This document shows, piece after piece, positions 55,582 to 64,000 of a DNA stretch of 64,000 nucleotides; the stretch's first letter is position 1; each line of letters begins with the position of its first letter. The position numbers were made by a program, and so were the translations under genes. The notes under the pieces are model-generated. The model was given only the letters and a program-made list of their open reading frames with translations, had not been told where the DNA came from and did no database searches. Source of the stretch: Enterococcus phage nattely; sequence record MT119360.1. One strand, written 5' to 3'.

Positions 55582-55800
55582 ATGATTGAAACAACTCTAT
55601 TTATGACAGGTAAAGAAAATGAAGAACAGTTAGCAGATTTTAACAAAAAGAGAGCGTTAGCATTGAACTTAATGGGATATGTTATTATTAAAACACCGGA
55701 GTTCAACAAAATGCTTATCAGAAAAGGTTTAGAATTAACATCGGATAAAATGATTGAGTTTATAAATGAATATAAATTAGACTTAATTGAAGTAGCTTAA
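55582..55800 (+). CDS. Hypothetical small protein
   Basis: Class-B promoter/leader at 55498-55578. Confidence 0.5.
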   Translation: MIETTLFMTGKENEEQLADFNKKRALALNLMGYVIIKTPEFNKMLIRKGLELTSDKMIEFINEYKLDLIEVA

Positions 55801-55868
55801 AATAAAAAAATGTACACCTATATAAAAATATAGGTGTACATAAATAAAAATGAAAAGAGGAAAATAAG

Positions 55869-56279
55869 ATGGAATACACAATAAAAGACATTAAAGAAGG
55901 CATGAAATTAATTTGTACAAATGACGGTGATTGGACATTTTGGACGAAAGATAAAATATATGTTGTTAAAAAGACAGATAGTGGAACATTATATATTAAA
56001 AATGATGATGGTAAAATGCGTTTCGTAACTAATATAGTAACATATTTAAATAATAAAGGTGATAGACGCGTAGTTAGTTTAGAAGTTATGGACACAGAAG
56101 AAAATAAAATTATAAATAAAGAAGAAGAAAACATTAAAAAATTAGAAGTTAAATGTTTTACAAGTTTAGAAAATTTAAATGATTTTTTAGATTCTTTAAA
56201 ACCAGGTGAAAAAATTATTTCACATGCTATAGGGCAATTTAATTTTCATTATATTATTTATGAAAAAATAGTTGGTTAA
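55869..56279 (+). CDS. Hypothetical protein
   Basis: RBS AAAGAGGAAAATAAG. Confidence 0.5.
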   Translation: MEYTIKDIKEGMKLICTNDGDWTFWTKDKIYVVKKTDSGTLYIKNDDGKMRFVTNIVTYLNNKGDRRVVSLEVMDTEENKIINKEEENIKKLEVKCFTSLENLNDFLDSLKPGEKIISHAIGQFNFHYIIYEKIVG

Positions 56280-56362
56280 AATAAAAAAAAACTATTTACA
56301 ATATCTTTATTATATGATATAATTATTTATGTAAAACAAATAATAAATCGGAGGAATTTAAA

Positions 56363-56575
56363 ATGACATTAGAAAAATTATTAGAAGTAATGGAATATGG
56401 TAAAAGAGTAATGATCACTATTGGAGAAACAGGTGCCACTTCAGCTTGGATGCATAATGAACGTTCAAAAATGATTTTAAACTATAAAGAAAATAAAGAC
56501 CGTAATGTATTATCATTTACACCGTCTACAAACGGTATTGAAATTGTTTTAGAAGGTGATAAAGATGAAAATTAA
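56363..56575 (+). CDS. Hypothetical small protein
   Basis: Promoter at 56285-56325. RBS CGGAGGAAT. Confidence 0.5.
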   Translation: MTLEKLLEVMEYGKRVMITIGETGATSAWMHNERSKMILNYKENKDRNVLSFTPSTNGIEIVLEGDKDEN

Positions 56576-56969
56576 TAAATATTTCTTAAGTAGTGATAAC
56601 CCAGCAGAATATGCTGATGAATTACGTTCATTAAATAAGACAATGAAAGACGTAAGATTTGAAGATAACTTCAATTACCGTCATCCTTATGTTTTAATTG
56701 AAGTTAAAGATGACAAAAAGAAAAAGAATAATAATAAAAAAATTAAATATTTTGTTATTCTTCCAGGACTTCCTAATTCTAAAAAATATTTAATTAAAGA
56801 TCAATCTTCAGGCAATATCGAATTCGGCTCTAAAAATGGTATTATGGAAAATTTAAATAAAGGCCAAGTTCTTTTCACAATTGATGAAATTAATTTAATC
56901 GATCCATTATATTTAAACTTTAGAAAAATTGCATTTAATTTTAAAGGAGAAGAAATTGATTATGACTAA
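56556..56969 (+). CDS. Hypothetical protein
   Basis: ORF overlapping the neighbouring genes. Confidence 0.45.
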   Translation: MIKMKINKYFLSSDNPAEYADELRSLNKTMKDVRFEDNFNYRHPYVLIEVKDDKKKKNNNKKIKYFVILPGLPNSKKYLIKDQSSGNIEFGSKNGIMENLNKGQVLFTIDEINLIDPLYLNFRKIAFNFKGEEIDYD

Positions 56970-57168
56970 AAAAGATAAGTTAGAAAACACTATAATGATG
57001 TGTATTGATTTGGATACGGGGCAATATTTTAAAAGAGAAAATACAGAAATTAAAACTGGTGTTGTTGAAGATCTTATTATTGATTTAGAAAAAATGACTA
57101 GTCAAATGATCGATTTATGTAGACAATTGTGTGAAGAAGAGGAGCTAAAAAATGAAGGATTGGATTAA
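56962..57168 (+). CDS. Hypothetical small protein
   Basis: ATG after RBS AAGGAGAAG. Confidence 0.45.
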   Translation: MTKKDKLENTIMMCIDLDTGQYFKRENTEIKTGVVEDLIIDLEKMTSQMIDLCRQLCEEEELKNEGLD

Positions 57169-57388
57169 AGCTATATTTTTAGGAGTATTTCAAGTTATGT
57201 TATTTATAATTGTGCCAACAATATTCCTAGGATTAATGGCAGGTTTTATGTATTTATTTATTATTTATGCCCTTATTCCAATTAAAGAATATATGCCCAC
57301 AATTCTATTGTCCATTTTATCAATAGCTGTTTTCATTATTGTTCTATTATCTGTAGTTGATGCACATGATAGAATGAAAAATAACTAA
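57152..57388 (+). CDS. Small membrane protein (2 TM)
   Basis: Hydrophobic. Confidence 0.45.
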   Translation: MKDWIKAIFLGVFQVMLFIIVPTIFLGLMAGFMYLFIIYALIPIKEYMPTILLSILSIAVFIIVLLSVVDAHDRMKNN

Positions 57389-57587
57389 AAAATAATAAAA
57401 AAATGAGCATTTACTGTTTACAAATGCTCATTTTTGGTTTATAATATATTTATAGTTAATTAATAAATATTCTTCCATAAAGAAAAAAACTTTTAAAAAT
57501 ATTTTAAAAAACTATTTACAAATTACAAGTAATAATGTATAATAAATATATAATAAATAAACAAATAAAAGAAAAGAGGAAATTAAA

Positions 57588-57797
57588 ATGACTAAACAAA
57601 CTATGGAAAACAAAATCAATGAATTAAGAAAAGAAGCTGGATTAATGTACGGTGACTTAGATAAAGCATTAGCTGAAGGAAACTATGATTTATATGAAGA
57701 ACTTGGTGATATTATGAGCGCTAAATATGAAGAAGCTCGTCAATTGATTATTGAATTTAACGAAACATTTGGAGAAACTCCAAACTTACTTTTCTAA
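57588..57797 (+). CDS. Small conserved protein, paralogue of 8816..9031
   Basis: MENKINELRKEAG...GDIMSAKYEEARQLIIEFNETFGE. Class-B promoter/leader at 57507-57585. Confidence 0.55.
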   Translation: MTKQTMENKINELRKEAGLMYGDLDKALAEGNYDLYEELGDIMSAKYEEARQLIIEFNETFGETPNLLF

Positions 57798-57829
57798 TAA
57801 AAAATATAAAATGAAATGAGGAATATAAA

Positions 57830-58036
57830 ATGCAAGAAAATTACAAATACGCAGTGAACATCTTAAATGCAAAACACGAAAGTGATAGAGAATGGTTACA
57901 AAAATTATTTGATGAATCAATTCCTAAAACAAAAACTATTTTTGAATTTGATACAGAAGAAGAAGCTGATGAGTTTGAAAAGAAATTAAATAAAGATGGA
58001 CATAAAACTTTTAGAAATAGAATCATTCATTTTTAA
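57830..58036 (+). CDS. Hypothetical small protein
   Basis: RBS ATGAGGAATA. Confidence 0.5.
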   Translation: MQENYKYAVNILNAKHESDREWLQKLFDESIPKTKTIFEFDTEEEADEFEKKLNKDGHKTFRNRIIHF

Positions 58037-58119
58037 AAATATTTACAAAATGTTCTCACTATGATATAATATTATCATAGTGAGATATAAATAAAAAAAA
58101 AAGAAAAGAGGAACATATA

Positions 58120-58281
58120 ATGAATAAATTAATTTTAGTAGTGGGATTATTAGTAGCTTGGTTTTTTGTAGTAACAAACGTTACATTATCTTCTCAATTT
58201 TTACAAACGCTTATGGTTGGAACTTTAACAGTTTTTATTGGTATTTTAGAAATTGGAGTTTTAGTTGGAGGTAAAAAATAA
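58120..58281 (+). CDS. Small membrane protein (53 aa, 2 TM)
   Basis: Promoter at 58040-58080. RBS AAAAGAGGAAC. TAATG overlap with the next gene. Not in the ORF track. Confidence 0.35.
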   Translation: MNKLILVVGLLVAWFFVVTNVTLSSQFLQTLMVGTLTVFIGILEIGVLVGGKK

Positions 58282-58841
58282 TGGAAAAATTTACATGTTT
58301 TAATTATAATCCTACTAAAGCCCGAATTGGTGATTGTGTATTAAGAGCTATTACCGCGTTTGAATATGTTGAAAGAAAATTAAAAAATGTTGAACAAATT
58401 TCTAGTGAAGAATTATATGAAAAAGTGAAATTAGGAATTACAAGTTATGGAGATTATACATTACAACGTTATTTTGAAAAATATTTGAGTGAACATGGTT
58501 ATGTTAGAGTAGAAGCATTTAATTATATTGATAATATTAGAATAAGAACAGAAAATCAGTTAGCTATGTTTTGTAAAAATTTTAATGTTATGGCTTTAGC
58601 ACTTTCAAATACGCATATGGCTTATGTCGACCCGATTTTAGGAGTTGTCGATACATGGGATAGCAGAAGAAAAAGATTGGAATATTTTTATATAAAAGAG
58701 GAAGATGTTGAAAGATTAGAATTAAAATTAACGGAAGATGTAGATGGAAATACTAATATTAAACGTGTAAGTACAAAAGAAAATACTATTGGTTATAATA
58801 AGATTAATGGTAAATCTCCAATACAAATGGGATTAAAATAA
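58281..58841 (+). CDS. Hypothetical protein; last plus-strand gene
   Basis: ORF followed by the bidirectional terminator. Confidence 0.5.
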   Translation: MEKFTCFNYNPTKARIGDCVLRAITAFEYVERKLKNVEQISSEELYEKVKLGITSYGDYTLQRYFEKYLSEHGYVRVEAFNYIDNIRIRTENQLAMFCKNFNVMALALSNTHMAYVDPILGVVDTWDSRRKRLEYFYIKEEDVERLELKLTEDVDGNTNIKRVSTKENTIGYNKINGKSPIQMGLK

Positions 58842-58885
58842 AAAAAATAGGAGCCAATCGGTTAAGATTGACTCCTATTTTTATT
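58840..58885. terminator. Bidirectional rho-independent terminator at the convergence point (A8-ATAGGAG..CAATC-ggttaa-GATTG..CTCCTAT-T5)
   Basis: Hairpin flanked by an A-run upstream and a T-run downstream, lying between convergent genes. Confidence 0.65.
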
Positions 58886-59861
58886 ATATCCCAAATGCTT
58901 CAAAGAGAATTTCTTCACTTCTGTCCATTAGGTAAGATTCAGTAGTTGATACATCCTCATGATGAGCGATTAATTTTAATACTTTTAAATCTAATTGGTC
59001 TTTGCCTAATTCTTTTAACACATGATGAGTTCCGTTAGAATAATTATCTAATGATGAATGGCGGAAACAGTGTGGATTAATATCTACAACTTCTCCAGTT
59101 TTCAATTCTAAAACTTTTCTGAAATATAGACAAAAATTATATAATGATTCATATGATCTTGCTCTAATATTTTCGCCTTTTCCAGCAACCCATAAAGAGT
59201 CAATATTATCATTTCCGCGTTGATCAAACCATAATTTTGCTATTTCTCTAGTGCGATCAAAATATAAAAGTTGGAATTTTTTACCACGTTTACCAATAAC
59301 TTCATTAGTCATTTTCGATTCTAAGAAATTTTGTTTTTTAACTTGTAGAATTTCATTACGACGAGCAGCACTATCATATGATAAAGATAAATATAAAGCC
59401 ATTTCATATTTTTCTTCTTCTAATAAATGTTCTAAAATAATATCAATTTGCTCATCAGTTAGAAAAACAATATCTCTAACTTTTTCACCTTGAATTCCTT
59501 TAATTGCACGCATAACATTTTTATCATAATCATATTCATCTTCATCATCTTCAGCAAAAGCTAATAAATTTCGAATTGAACTTTGAAAACGATTAATTCT
59601 AGCTGCGCTCGTGCCCATTTCTTGCATTGATAAGAAAAATGTTCGAAACATGCGTTTCTTAAGGTCTAATATTGATTTATTTCCTGCATTTTGAGCTATC
59701 CAACAGAAAAAGCCTTTAATGTCGGCAGTATATTGGTAAATAGTTTTTTCAGCTCGACCTTTACTTTTAAGTTCTAAAATATAATCTTCTAATAACATTT
59801 TGTTTTCCGCATTAACTTCTTCCCATATTTTTTCATCAAATAAATTATTGCGTTTTGCCAT
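58884..59861 (-). CDS. int: Tyrosine recombinase / phage integrase family protein
   Basis: Catalytic-domain signatures AARRNEIL (Arg), HCFRHS (H-x-x-R-H) and LIAHHEDVSTTESYL (His...Tyr nucleophile). N-terminal SAM-like core-binding domain. Confidence 0.7.
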   Translation of the reverse strand: MAKRNNLFDEKIWEEVNAENKMLLEDYILELKSKGRAEKTIYQYTADIKGFFCWIAQNAGNKSILDLKKRMFRTFFLSMQEMGTSAARINRFQSSIRNLLAFAEDDEDEYDYDKNVMRAIKGIQGEKVRDIVFLTDEQIDIILEHLLEEEKYEMALYLSLSYDSAARRNEILQVKKQNFLESKMTNEVIGKRGKKFQLLYFDRTREIAKLWFDQRGNDNIDSLWVAGKGENIRARSYESLYNFCLYFRKVLELKTGEVVDINPHCFRHSSLDNYSNGTHHVLKELGKDQLDLKVLKLIAHHEDVSTTESYLMDRSEEILFEAFGI

Positions 59862-59890
59862 ATCAATTTCTCCATTCTTTATTAAATATA

Positions 59891-59920
59891 TGTAAAAAGG
59901 AGAGCGTTAACTCTCCTTAA
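59891..59920 (-). terminator. Rho-independent terminator downstream of the endolysin (AAGGAGAG-cgttaa-CTCTCCTT plus T-run on the minus strand)
   Basis: 8-bp perfect stem. A plus-strand A-run is a T-run on the minus strand. Confidence 0.6.
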
Positions 59921-59928
59921 TTTTACAA

Positions 59929-61071
59929 TTAAAATCCCCATCCCCAGGTATTAGCTGGATTATTATCGTTAGGGCCAATTGCTACATAGCTACGTCCACC
60001 ACCATAGTTAATATATGTTAACCATACATAACCATTAGCAACAACGTAACCATCATATGTGAACGACATTCCTGCATTATAGTAGTCTAATGCTGGGCTG
60101 TTTGGATCGACATCACCAGAAACTGGTAATTGGATAGATGTTGTGAAAGTTCCGTAAGCAGGATAAATAGTTGCAGTATTTTGACTTGGCACTGCTGGTT
60201 TATTTGGGTTCCAAATTTCAGCGATGTCGCCATCATTTGCATATCCTAATAATTTACCACTGTTACGAATTTCATACAAGTTTTTACGTCCATCTAACTT
60301 CTTAGTGATTGTTCCAACTTGTGTCCATAATGTATCTGCATTGATGTGTTGGCCAATTGGTGCATCTGGGTTTTTGTAGATTGTTGTGAAACGAACGTTG
60401 TCTCCGACTTTATATCGAGGTTTATTCGGTTTAGCAGGTTGATCAGGTTTGTTTGGCACATTAGCTGTAGAATCACTAGAAACTCCATTTGCCAAATCTT
60501 GTGCTAATTGTGCTTTACTAATACCCATTTCAGCTAAATATCCATAAGGATCTTGGTGATCGCCCCAAATATTGTCAGAAACCCATTTATGTGTTTTAAT
60601 ACCATTTCCAGGTTGGTCCAACGTCAATGGAATACCAAAATAATTAGCGGCATCACGAGCTAAAGAGATATATGCTTTATAGTTCTTTTTAAATAAAGCA
60701 GGATCATGGGTGTGTTGTAATTCAATTTGAACTGGAGCATATGGATTGGCATTACCCGCTCCCCAACTTACGATTCCCCATTGACCAACACGATAATCAA
60801 TTCCACCATCACCGATGATGTCTGTTGTATATGCGTTAAACCAATTTCTTTTCATGTAAGTCGCTTCATTTCGGCCAGTTGCTGTCTCATTTGCTGTTTC
60901 GTGTAAAATGATATAGTTTGGTGAAGCTGCATATCCGGCGCCCTCACCTGGAGCTAAATTAAATTCATTGTTAATGGTATAATCTGCAGCTTCAGCTTTA
61001 TCTACTGCTCCAAAACCTAATCCAATCATTAAAGTTCCAGCAATTGCCATAAATAATTTACTTGCTTTCAT
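59929..61071 (-). CDS. Endolysin: secreted N-acetylmuramoyl-L-alanine amidase (Amidase_2/PGRP-like) with C-terminal SH3b-like cell-wall-binding repeats
   Basis: N-terminal signal peptide MKASKLFMAIAGTLMIGLGFGAVDKAEA. Amidase region YIILHETANE...QIELQHTH. C-terminal YKVGDNVRF..W..G and GY-rich repeats. Confidence 0.7.
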   Translation of the reverse strand: MKASKLFMAIAGTLMIGLGFGAVDKAEAADYTINNEFNLAPGEGAGYAASPNYIILHETANETATGRNEATYMKRNWFNAYTTDIIGDGGIDYRVGQWGIVSWGAGNANPYAPVQIELQHTHDPALFKKNYKAYISLARDAANYFGIPLTLDQPGNGIKTHKWVSDNIWGDHQDPYGYLAEMGISKAQLAQDLANGVSSDSTANVPNKPDQPAKPNKPRYKVGDNVRFTTIYKNPDAPIGQHINADTLWTQVGTITKKLDGRKNLYEIRNSGKLLGYANDGDIAEIWNPNKPAVPSQNTATIYPAYGTFTTSIQLPVSGDVDPNSPALDYYNAGMSFTYDGYVVANGYVWLTYINYGGGRSYVAIGPNDNNPANTWGWGF

Positions 61072-61151
61072 TTCATTACCTCTTTCGAATAATATTTATT
61101 TATAATAACATTTATCCCAAATGTTCTTGGCCAAACACTTGGGAAAAATGA

Positions 61152-61517
61152 TTATTTATCTTTCTTTTTATTACTTTCGTTTAATTGTCCGTCATCTAAA
61201 AGATCTTCAATATTATCCCAATCTTTAATTTTACCACTTAAAATTGCTGCCACAATTTTAATTAAATCTTTACCTCCAGCTGCAATCAAACCAGCTAAAA
61301 AACCGTCATAAACACCGATTGCAATGGAGTTACCTGTGATCCATGTTGCGAAAATACCAATTACTACACCAGTTGTCACGGCAATAATCGGTAATAATCT
61401 ATTGTCGATTTTCTCAACATTTTTAAACAAGTATGTCACTAAAAATACTCCAGCACCAATCATTAAAATATAATTATTGTGCAGAGCTGCTGTTGCATTT
61501 GCGATCATTTCTAACAT
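61152..61517 (-). CDS. Holin-like membrane protein (2-3 TM, charged C-terminus)
   Basis: TM segments ILMIGAGVFLVTYLF and IAVTTGVVIGIFATWITG. Lysine/acidic tail. Lies adjacent to the lysin. Confidence 0.5.
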   Translation of the reverse strand: MLEMIANATAALHNNYILMIGAGVFLVTYLFKNVEKIDNRLLPIIAVTTGVVIGIFATWITGNSIAIGVYDGFLAGLIAAGGKDLIKIVAAILSGKIKDWDNIEDLLDDGQLNESNKKKDK

Positions 61518-61531
61518 ACAAAATTCCTCCT

Positions 61532-61876
61532 TTATAATTTACTTTCTACTAACTTAGTCAATCGTTCAATTTCTTCATCTTTCTCATCTAACAACTCATA
61601 CATCTCTTTTTCTTTTTTTTCTAACTTCTCCAATAAATCTTGAGATTGGTCTAATTGAAGTCGTAACTTTTCGGCTAATTCTTCTAGGCGAGAGATTTCT
61701 TTATCCTTATCCGCGTTTTGGGCTTTCAGTTCGCTAATAATAGCTCTAATTTCAGTTGTGTAAATTCCAACTGTATCAGATTTGCTTTTTCTAGCGACAC
61801 CGAGATAAGTCATATAACCGCCGAATACAGCGGTTATAAGACCAATAAACACCTCATTTGTCCATAGTTCTTTCAT
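61532..61876 (-). CDS. Single-TM coiled-coil protein in the lysis cassette (antiholin or spanin-like candidate)
   Basis: N-terminal TM segment VFIGLITAVFGGYMTYLGV followed by a long coiled coil. Confidence 0.4.
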   Translation of the reverse strand: MKELWTNEVFIGLITAVFGGYMTYLGVARKSKSDTVGIYTTEIRAIISELKAQNADKDKEISRLEELAEKLRLQLDQSQDLLEKLEKKEKEMYELLDEKDEEIERLTKLVESKL

Positions 61877-62252
61877 AAAGCCATCTATCTCCTTTGTACC
61901 TTATAGCGAAAATAAGGATAAAAAATAGCGTATATAATAATATCCATGTAATATTTTGATAACCATTCATGGCTCTTATTGCATACACTGTTCCAAGGGA
62001 GAAATACAATGAACCTAAGGCAACGACAGAGAATTGCTGAAGTGAGATACGCTTGGCCAAGAAAGCATATCCCATTATTAAAGCAAAACCAACAATCACA
62101 GCTCCAGTAACATTGTCATCAATCCATTGAAAACTTTTCGGCCATTTATCTAATCCATATCTAGCTAAATAATCATCATTGATGATTTGAAATACACCGA
62201 TTATAAAGGTTGAAATAGTCAGAGTAAAAGCCATTGACCTTTTCATGATCAT
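61854..62252 (-). CDS. Four-TM membrane protein (holin-like)
   Basis: Four hydrophobic helices. Overlaps the downstream gene by 23 nt. Confidence 0.45.
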   Translation of the reverse strand: MIMKRSMAFTLTISTFIIGVFQIINDDYLARYGLDKWPKSFQWIDDNVTGAVIVGFALIMGYAFLAKRISLQQFSVVALGSLYFSLGTVYAIRAMNGYQNITWILLYTLFFILIFAIRYKGDRWLYERTMDK

Positions 62253-62298
62253 ACATATCGGCTCCTTTTTAAATATTTGACCTTACGGTCATTTTATA

Positions 62299-63870
62299 TT
62301 AAGGAAGTTCATCATATGAACCATCCGCATTTCGTTTAGTAATATAAACCGTTCCACCGTCAAGAGAGCCAGCTGAAGGGAACGGGTCTTTTGTGAAAAA
62401 TGTAGCTTGTAAATAATGGTTTCCATTTTTATTACTTGCCCAACGAACATCATTATTACTTTGTTCCACAATTCCGGCATATTGGATAAGAGCTGTATTG
62501 TGAAAAGAATATTGAGTAGTATTCACAGGAATATTGTAAATTGTACCAGCCATATCAAAGAATGGTCTAAACCCAACTGGGAACCAATAAAACTTCGGCA
62601 TACTATTTTCAAATTTAGTATTGTCTTTTACGTTTACACGCCAGTTAGCGACAATAGTGTTACCTTGTCTAAATAACTCCACTTTAGACTCAGCATCGTT
62701 TATTGCATCTTTTGCTTTTTGTTCCCATTGCGTGGTATCAAGCGATGATCTACGATACCGATAAAGAATCGCTTCATCTTCATTTAAAATAATTTTATCA
62801 TTGTTTGTGATTATTCCAGTAAAGTTTAATGGAGTACTAACATTTATTTTTGATGTTCCCGCTTTTGGAATAGCACCAACTTGATCTGCTGTAACGCCAT
62901 GTGGATTATTTTTATCATTTTTATGTGTTTGCAACTCATTTTTTACTGGTAAAATTTCAGCAGTAACTTCATCTCTTGTTGGATAATTTGATAAATCGGG
63001 TGACTGGATTTTCCATGCAGTCCATTGATTACCATAAAATGAACGAGTATAAATTTGTCCAGAGCTATGAGTGAAACGTTGAATAATTAATGAAGTTTGA
63101 TTAAATACCTCTAAAGTACCGGATGAATAATCTGCCATAGGGCGATTTACACCTGTTGCTTTATTCACTTGATAAAAACCAGACTCTTTAATAGTATTCC
63201 AGTCTTCACTTGAGATTTGACCTTTAATCAACATTACTTCATCTTTCATTGCGGCACCATTATTTTCTAGTGCCGCCATTCTTTTTTCAAAATCACTAAT
63301 CGTGCTTTGGATTGTATCTAATCTTCCATTTAAAGTATCAACTCTAAGTGCTTCAGCGTCAATCTTTTTCGCTAATTCATCAATGTGTTGTTTACTTAAT
63401 TCATCATAATCATTTAATGCTTTTTTGTAAGCATCATTTAATTTATCAATCAATTTATTGTATTCTGTTATAATTGTTTCTGCTTCTTTTGCAGTTATGT
63501 CTGCAACTTCTAAGACAGAAATTTGGAAATTTGAAGTCGTGCTTCTTTGTCTTGATTCAGTTTCTGTGATTGAAAAATAAGCTCTTTCATAATCTCCAGG
63601 AACTCCAAAAGCCATATTTGGAAAAATATAATCAAATTTACCATTTTTATCATCACGATTTACAACACCTTCTGTGTCCATCACGACTGTAGCATTTCCG
63701 TTTGTCATTCCTTCAAATGTGATTATATATCCAGTTAAATCAATTGGCTCATCATTTAAGGTGAGATAGACGGTAACTTTTTGAACGCTACCGTCACCAA
63801 CTCTCCCGTAAATGATAGGCGTTAATCTTGGCTGTTTAGATAAATCAAAATTCATTTCTCTATTTGCCAT
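62299..63870 (-). CDS. Baseplate/receptor-binding protein with a BppU-like N-terminal domain, coiled coil and C-terminal head domain
   Basis: The N-terminal roughly 120 aa follow the BppU_N pattern (FDLSKQ...GRVGD...ITFEG...AYFSI). Central heptad repeats. RBS GGAGTGATAGG. Confidence 0.5.
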   Translation of the reverse strand: MANREMNFDLSKQPRLTPIIYGRVGDGSVQKVTVYLTLNDEPIDLTGYIITFEGMTNGNATVVMDTEGVVNRDDKNGKFDYIFPNMAFGVPGDYERAYFSITETESRQRSTTSNFQISVLEVADITAKEAETIITEYNKLIDKLNDAYKKALNDYDELSKQHIDELAKKIDAEALRVDTLNGRLDTIQSTISDFEKRMAALENNGAAMKDEVMLIKGQISSEDWNTIKESGFYQVNKATGVNRPMADYSSGTLEVFNQTSLIIQRFTHSSGQIYTRSFYGNQWTAWKIQSPDLSNYPTRDEVTAEILPVKNELQTHKNDKNNPHGVTADQVGAIPKAGTSKINVSTPLNFTGIITNNDKIILNEDEAILYRYRRSSLDTTQWEQKAKDAINDAESKVELFRQGNTIVANWRVNVKDNTKFENSMPKFYWFPVGFRPFFDMAGTIYNIPVNTTQYSFHNTALIQYAGIVEQSNNDVRWASNKNGNHYLQATFFTKDPFPSAGSLDGGTVYITKRNADGSYDELP

Positions 63871-63887
63871 TTACCTATCACTCCTAA

Positions 63888-64000
63888 TCTAATTTAAACA
63901 TTTAACATGTACATCTCGTAAATCAGCTTGTAATAATGTTTTACCCGATTCCAAATCAACAGACATAGCCATTGATTCACCAGCTTTCATCGAAATAATT
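63888..64000 (-). CDS. 3' end of an upstream late (structural) gene, partial
   Basis: Open minus-strand frame (...SVDLESGKTLLQADLRDVHVKCLN*) running in from the window edge. Confidence 0.3.

Noticed and set aside
58884-59861. Interpreting the whole window as a resident prophage because of the integrase
   Set aside because: There is no repressor/Cro module or attP next to the recombinase. It is co-oriented with late genes, and the gene content (own replisome, topoisomerase II, DNA hypermodification) is that of a large virulent phage. Kept only as an alternative in the findings.
61072-61151. Large imperfect hairpin (CCCAAATGTT-cttggccaa-AACACTTGGG) between the holin and endolysin genes as a terminator
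   Set aside because: On the transcribed (minus) strand the U-run precedes rather than follows the hairpin. It is more likely a regulatory or RNA-processing structure than a terminator, and I could not support a specific function.
1-64000. CRISPR array, rRNA genes, transposase or IS elements
   Set aside because: No regularly spaced direct repeats with unique spacers, no rRNA-like conserved stretches and no DDE or transposase-like ORFs were seen. The only recombinase is the tyrosine recombinase at 58884-59861.

Overview
This 64-kb window is a segment of a large, AT-rich (about 30% GC) dsDNA phage of a low-GC Gram-positive host. Evidence for the host is TTTACA-N17-TATAAT sigma-A-type promoters with TG-extended -10 boxes, an endolysin that carries a signal peptide and SH3b-like repeats, and a BppU-like receptor-binding protein. 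Positions 1-58.8 kb are a tightly packed plus-strand early/middle region of about 100 genes with a strong promoter in front of almost every gene or gene pair. The replication genes are two tandem SF1B helicases, an ATP-dependent ligase, an SSB-like protein, an AAA_24 ATPase, a DnaB-like helicase, a DnaG-like primase, a RecJ-like exonuclease, a DnaE-type PHP polymerase III alpha, RNase HI, a RusA resolvase and a T4-like two-subunit topoisomerase II. The nucleotide-metabolism genes are a LOG-family protein, a nucleoside 2-deoxyribosyltransferase-like protein, a deoxynucleoside kinase, a PnuC-like transporter, NrdH, thymidine kinase, a TMPK-like kinase, guanylate kinase and two dUTPase-family proteins. 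Positions 30.6-35 kb hold what reads as a T4-type cytosine hypermodification module. It comprises a thymidylate-synthase-family enzyme with the dCMP-hydroxymethylase signatures (MCT, LIRD, MRSND, and Asp in place of the ThyA Asn), an adjacent TMPK-like kinase, a dUTPase-family pyrophosphatase, and a full-length homologue of T4 DNA beta-glucosyltransferase. From 58.9 kb the window switches to the minus strand, which carries the end of a late operon: a BppU-like receptor-binding protein, three membrane proteins, a signal-peptide amidase endolysin and a tyrosine recombinase. No tRNA, rRNA or CRISPR array was recognised. Notable non-genic signals are fused terminator-promoter units whose hairpin loop is the -35 box, two promoter classes with a conserved 45-nt leader, a recurrent GAAAGTAGGAATTTA translation-initiation context, an iteron-bearing AT-rich non-coding region at the left end, and a very strong over-representation of CCATGG (usually as CCATGGAG or CTCCATGGAG) confined to the first ~35 kb. 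All functional calls rest on motif-level reading of the translated ORFs from memory of family signatures. No database search was run.
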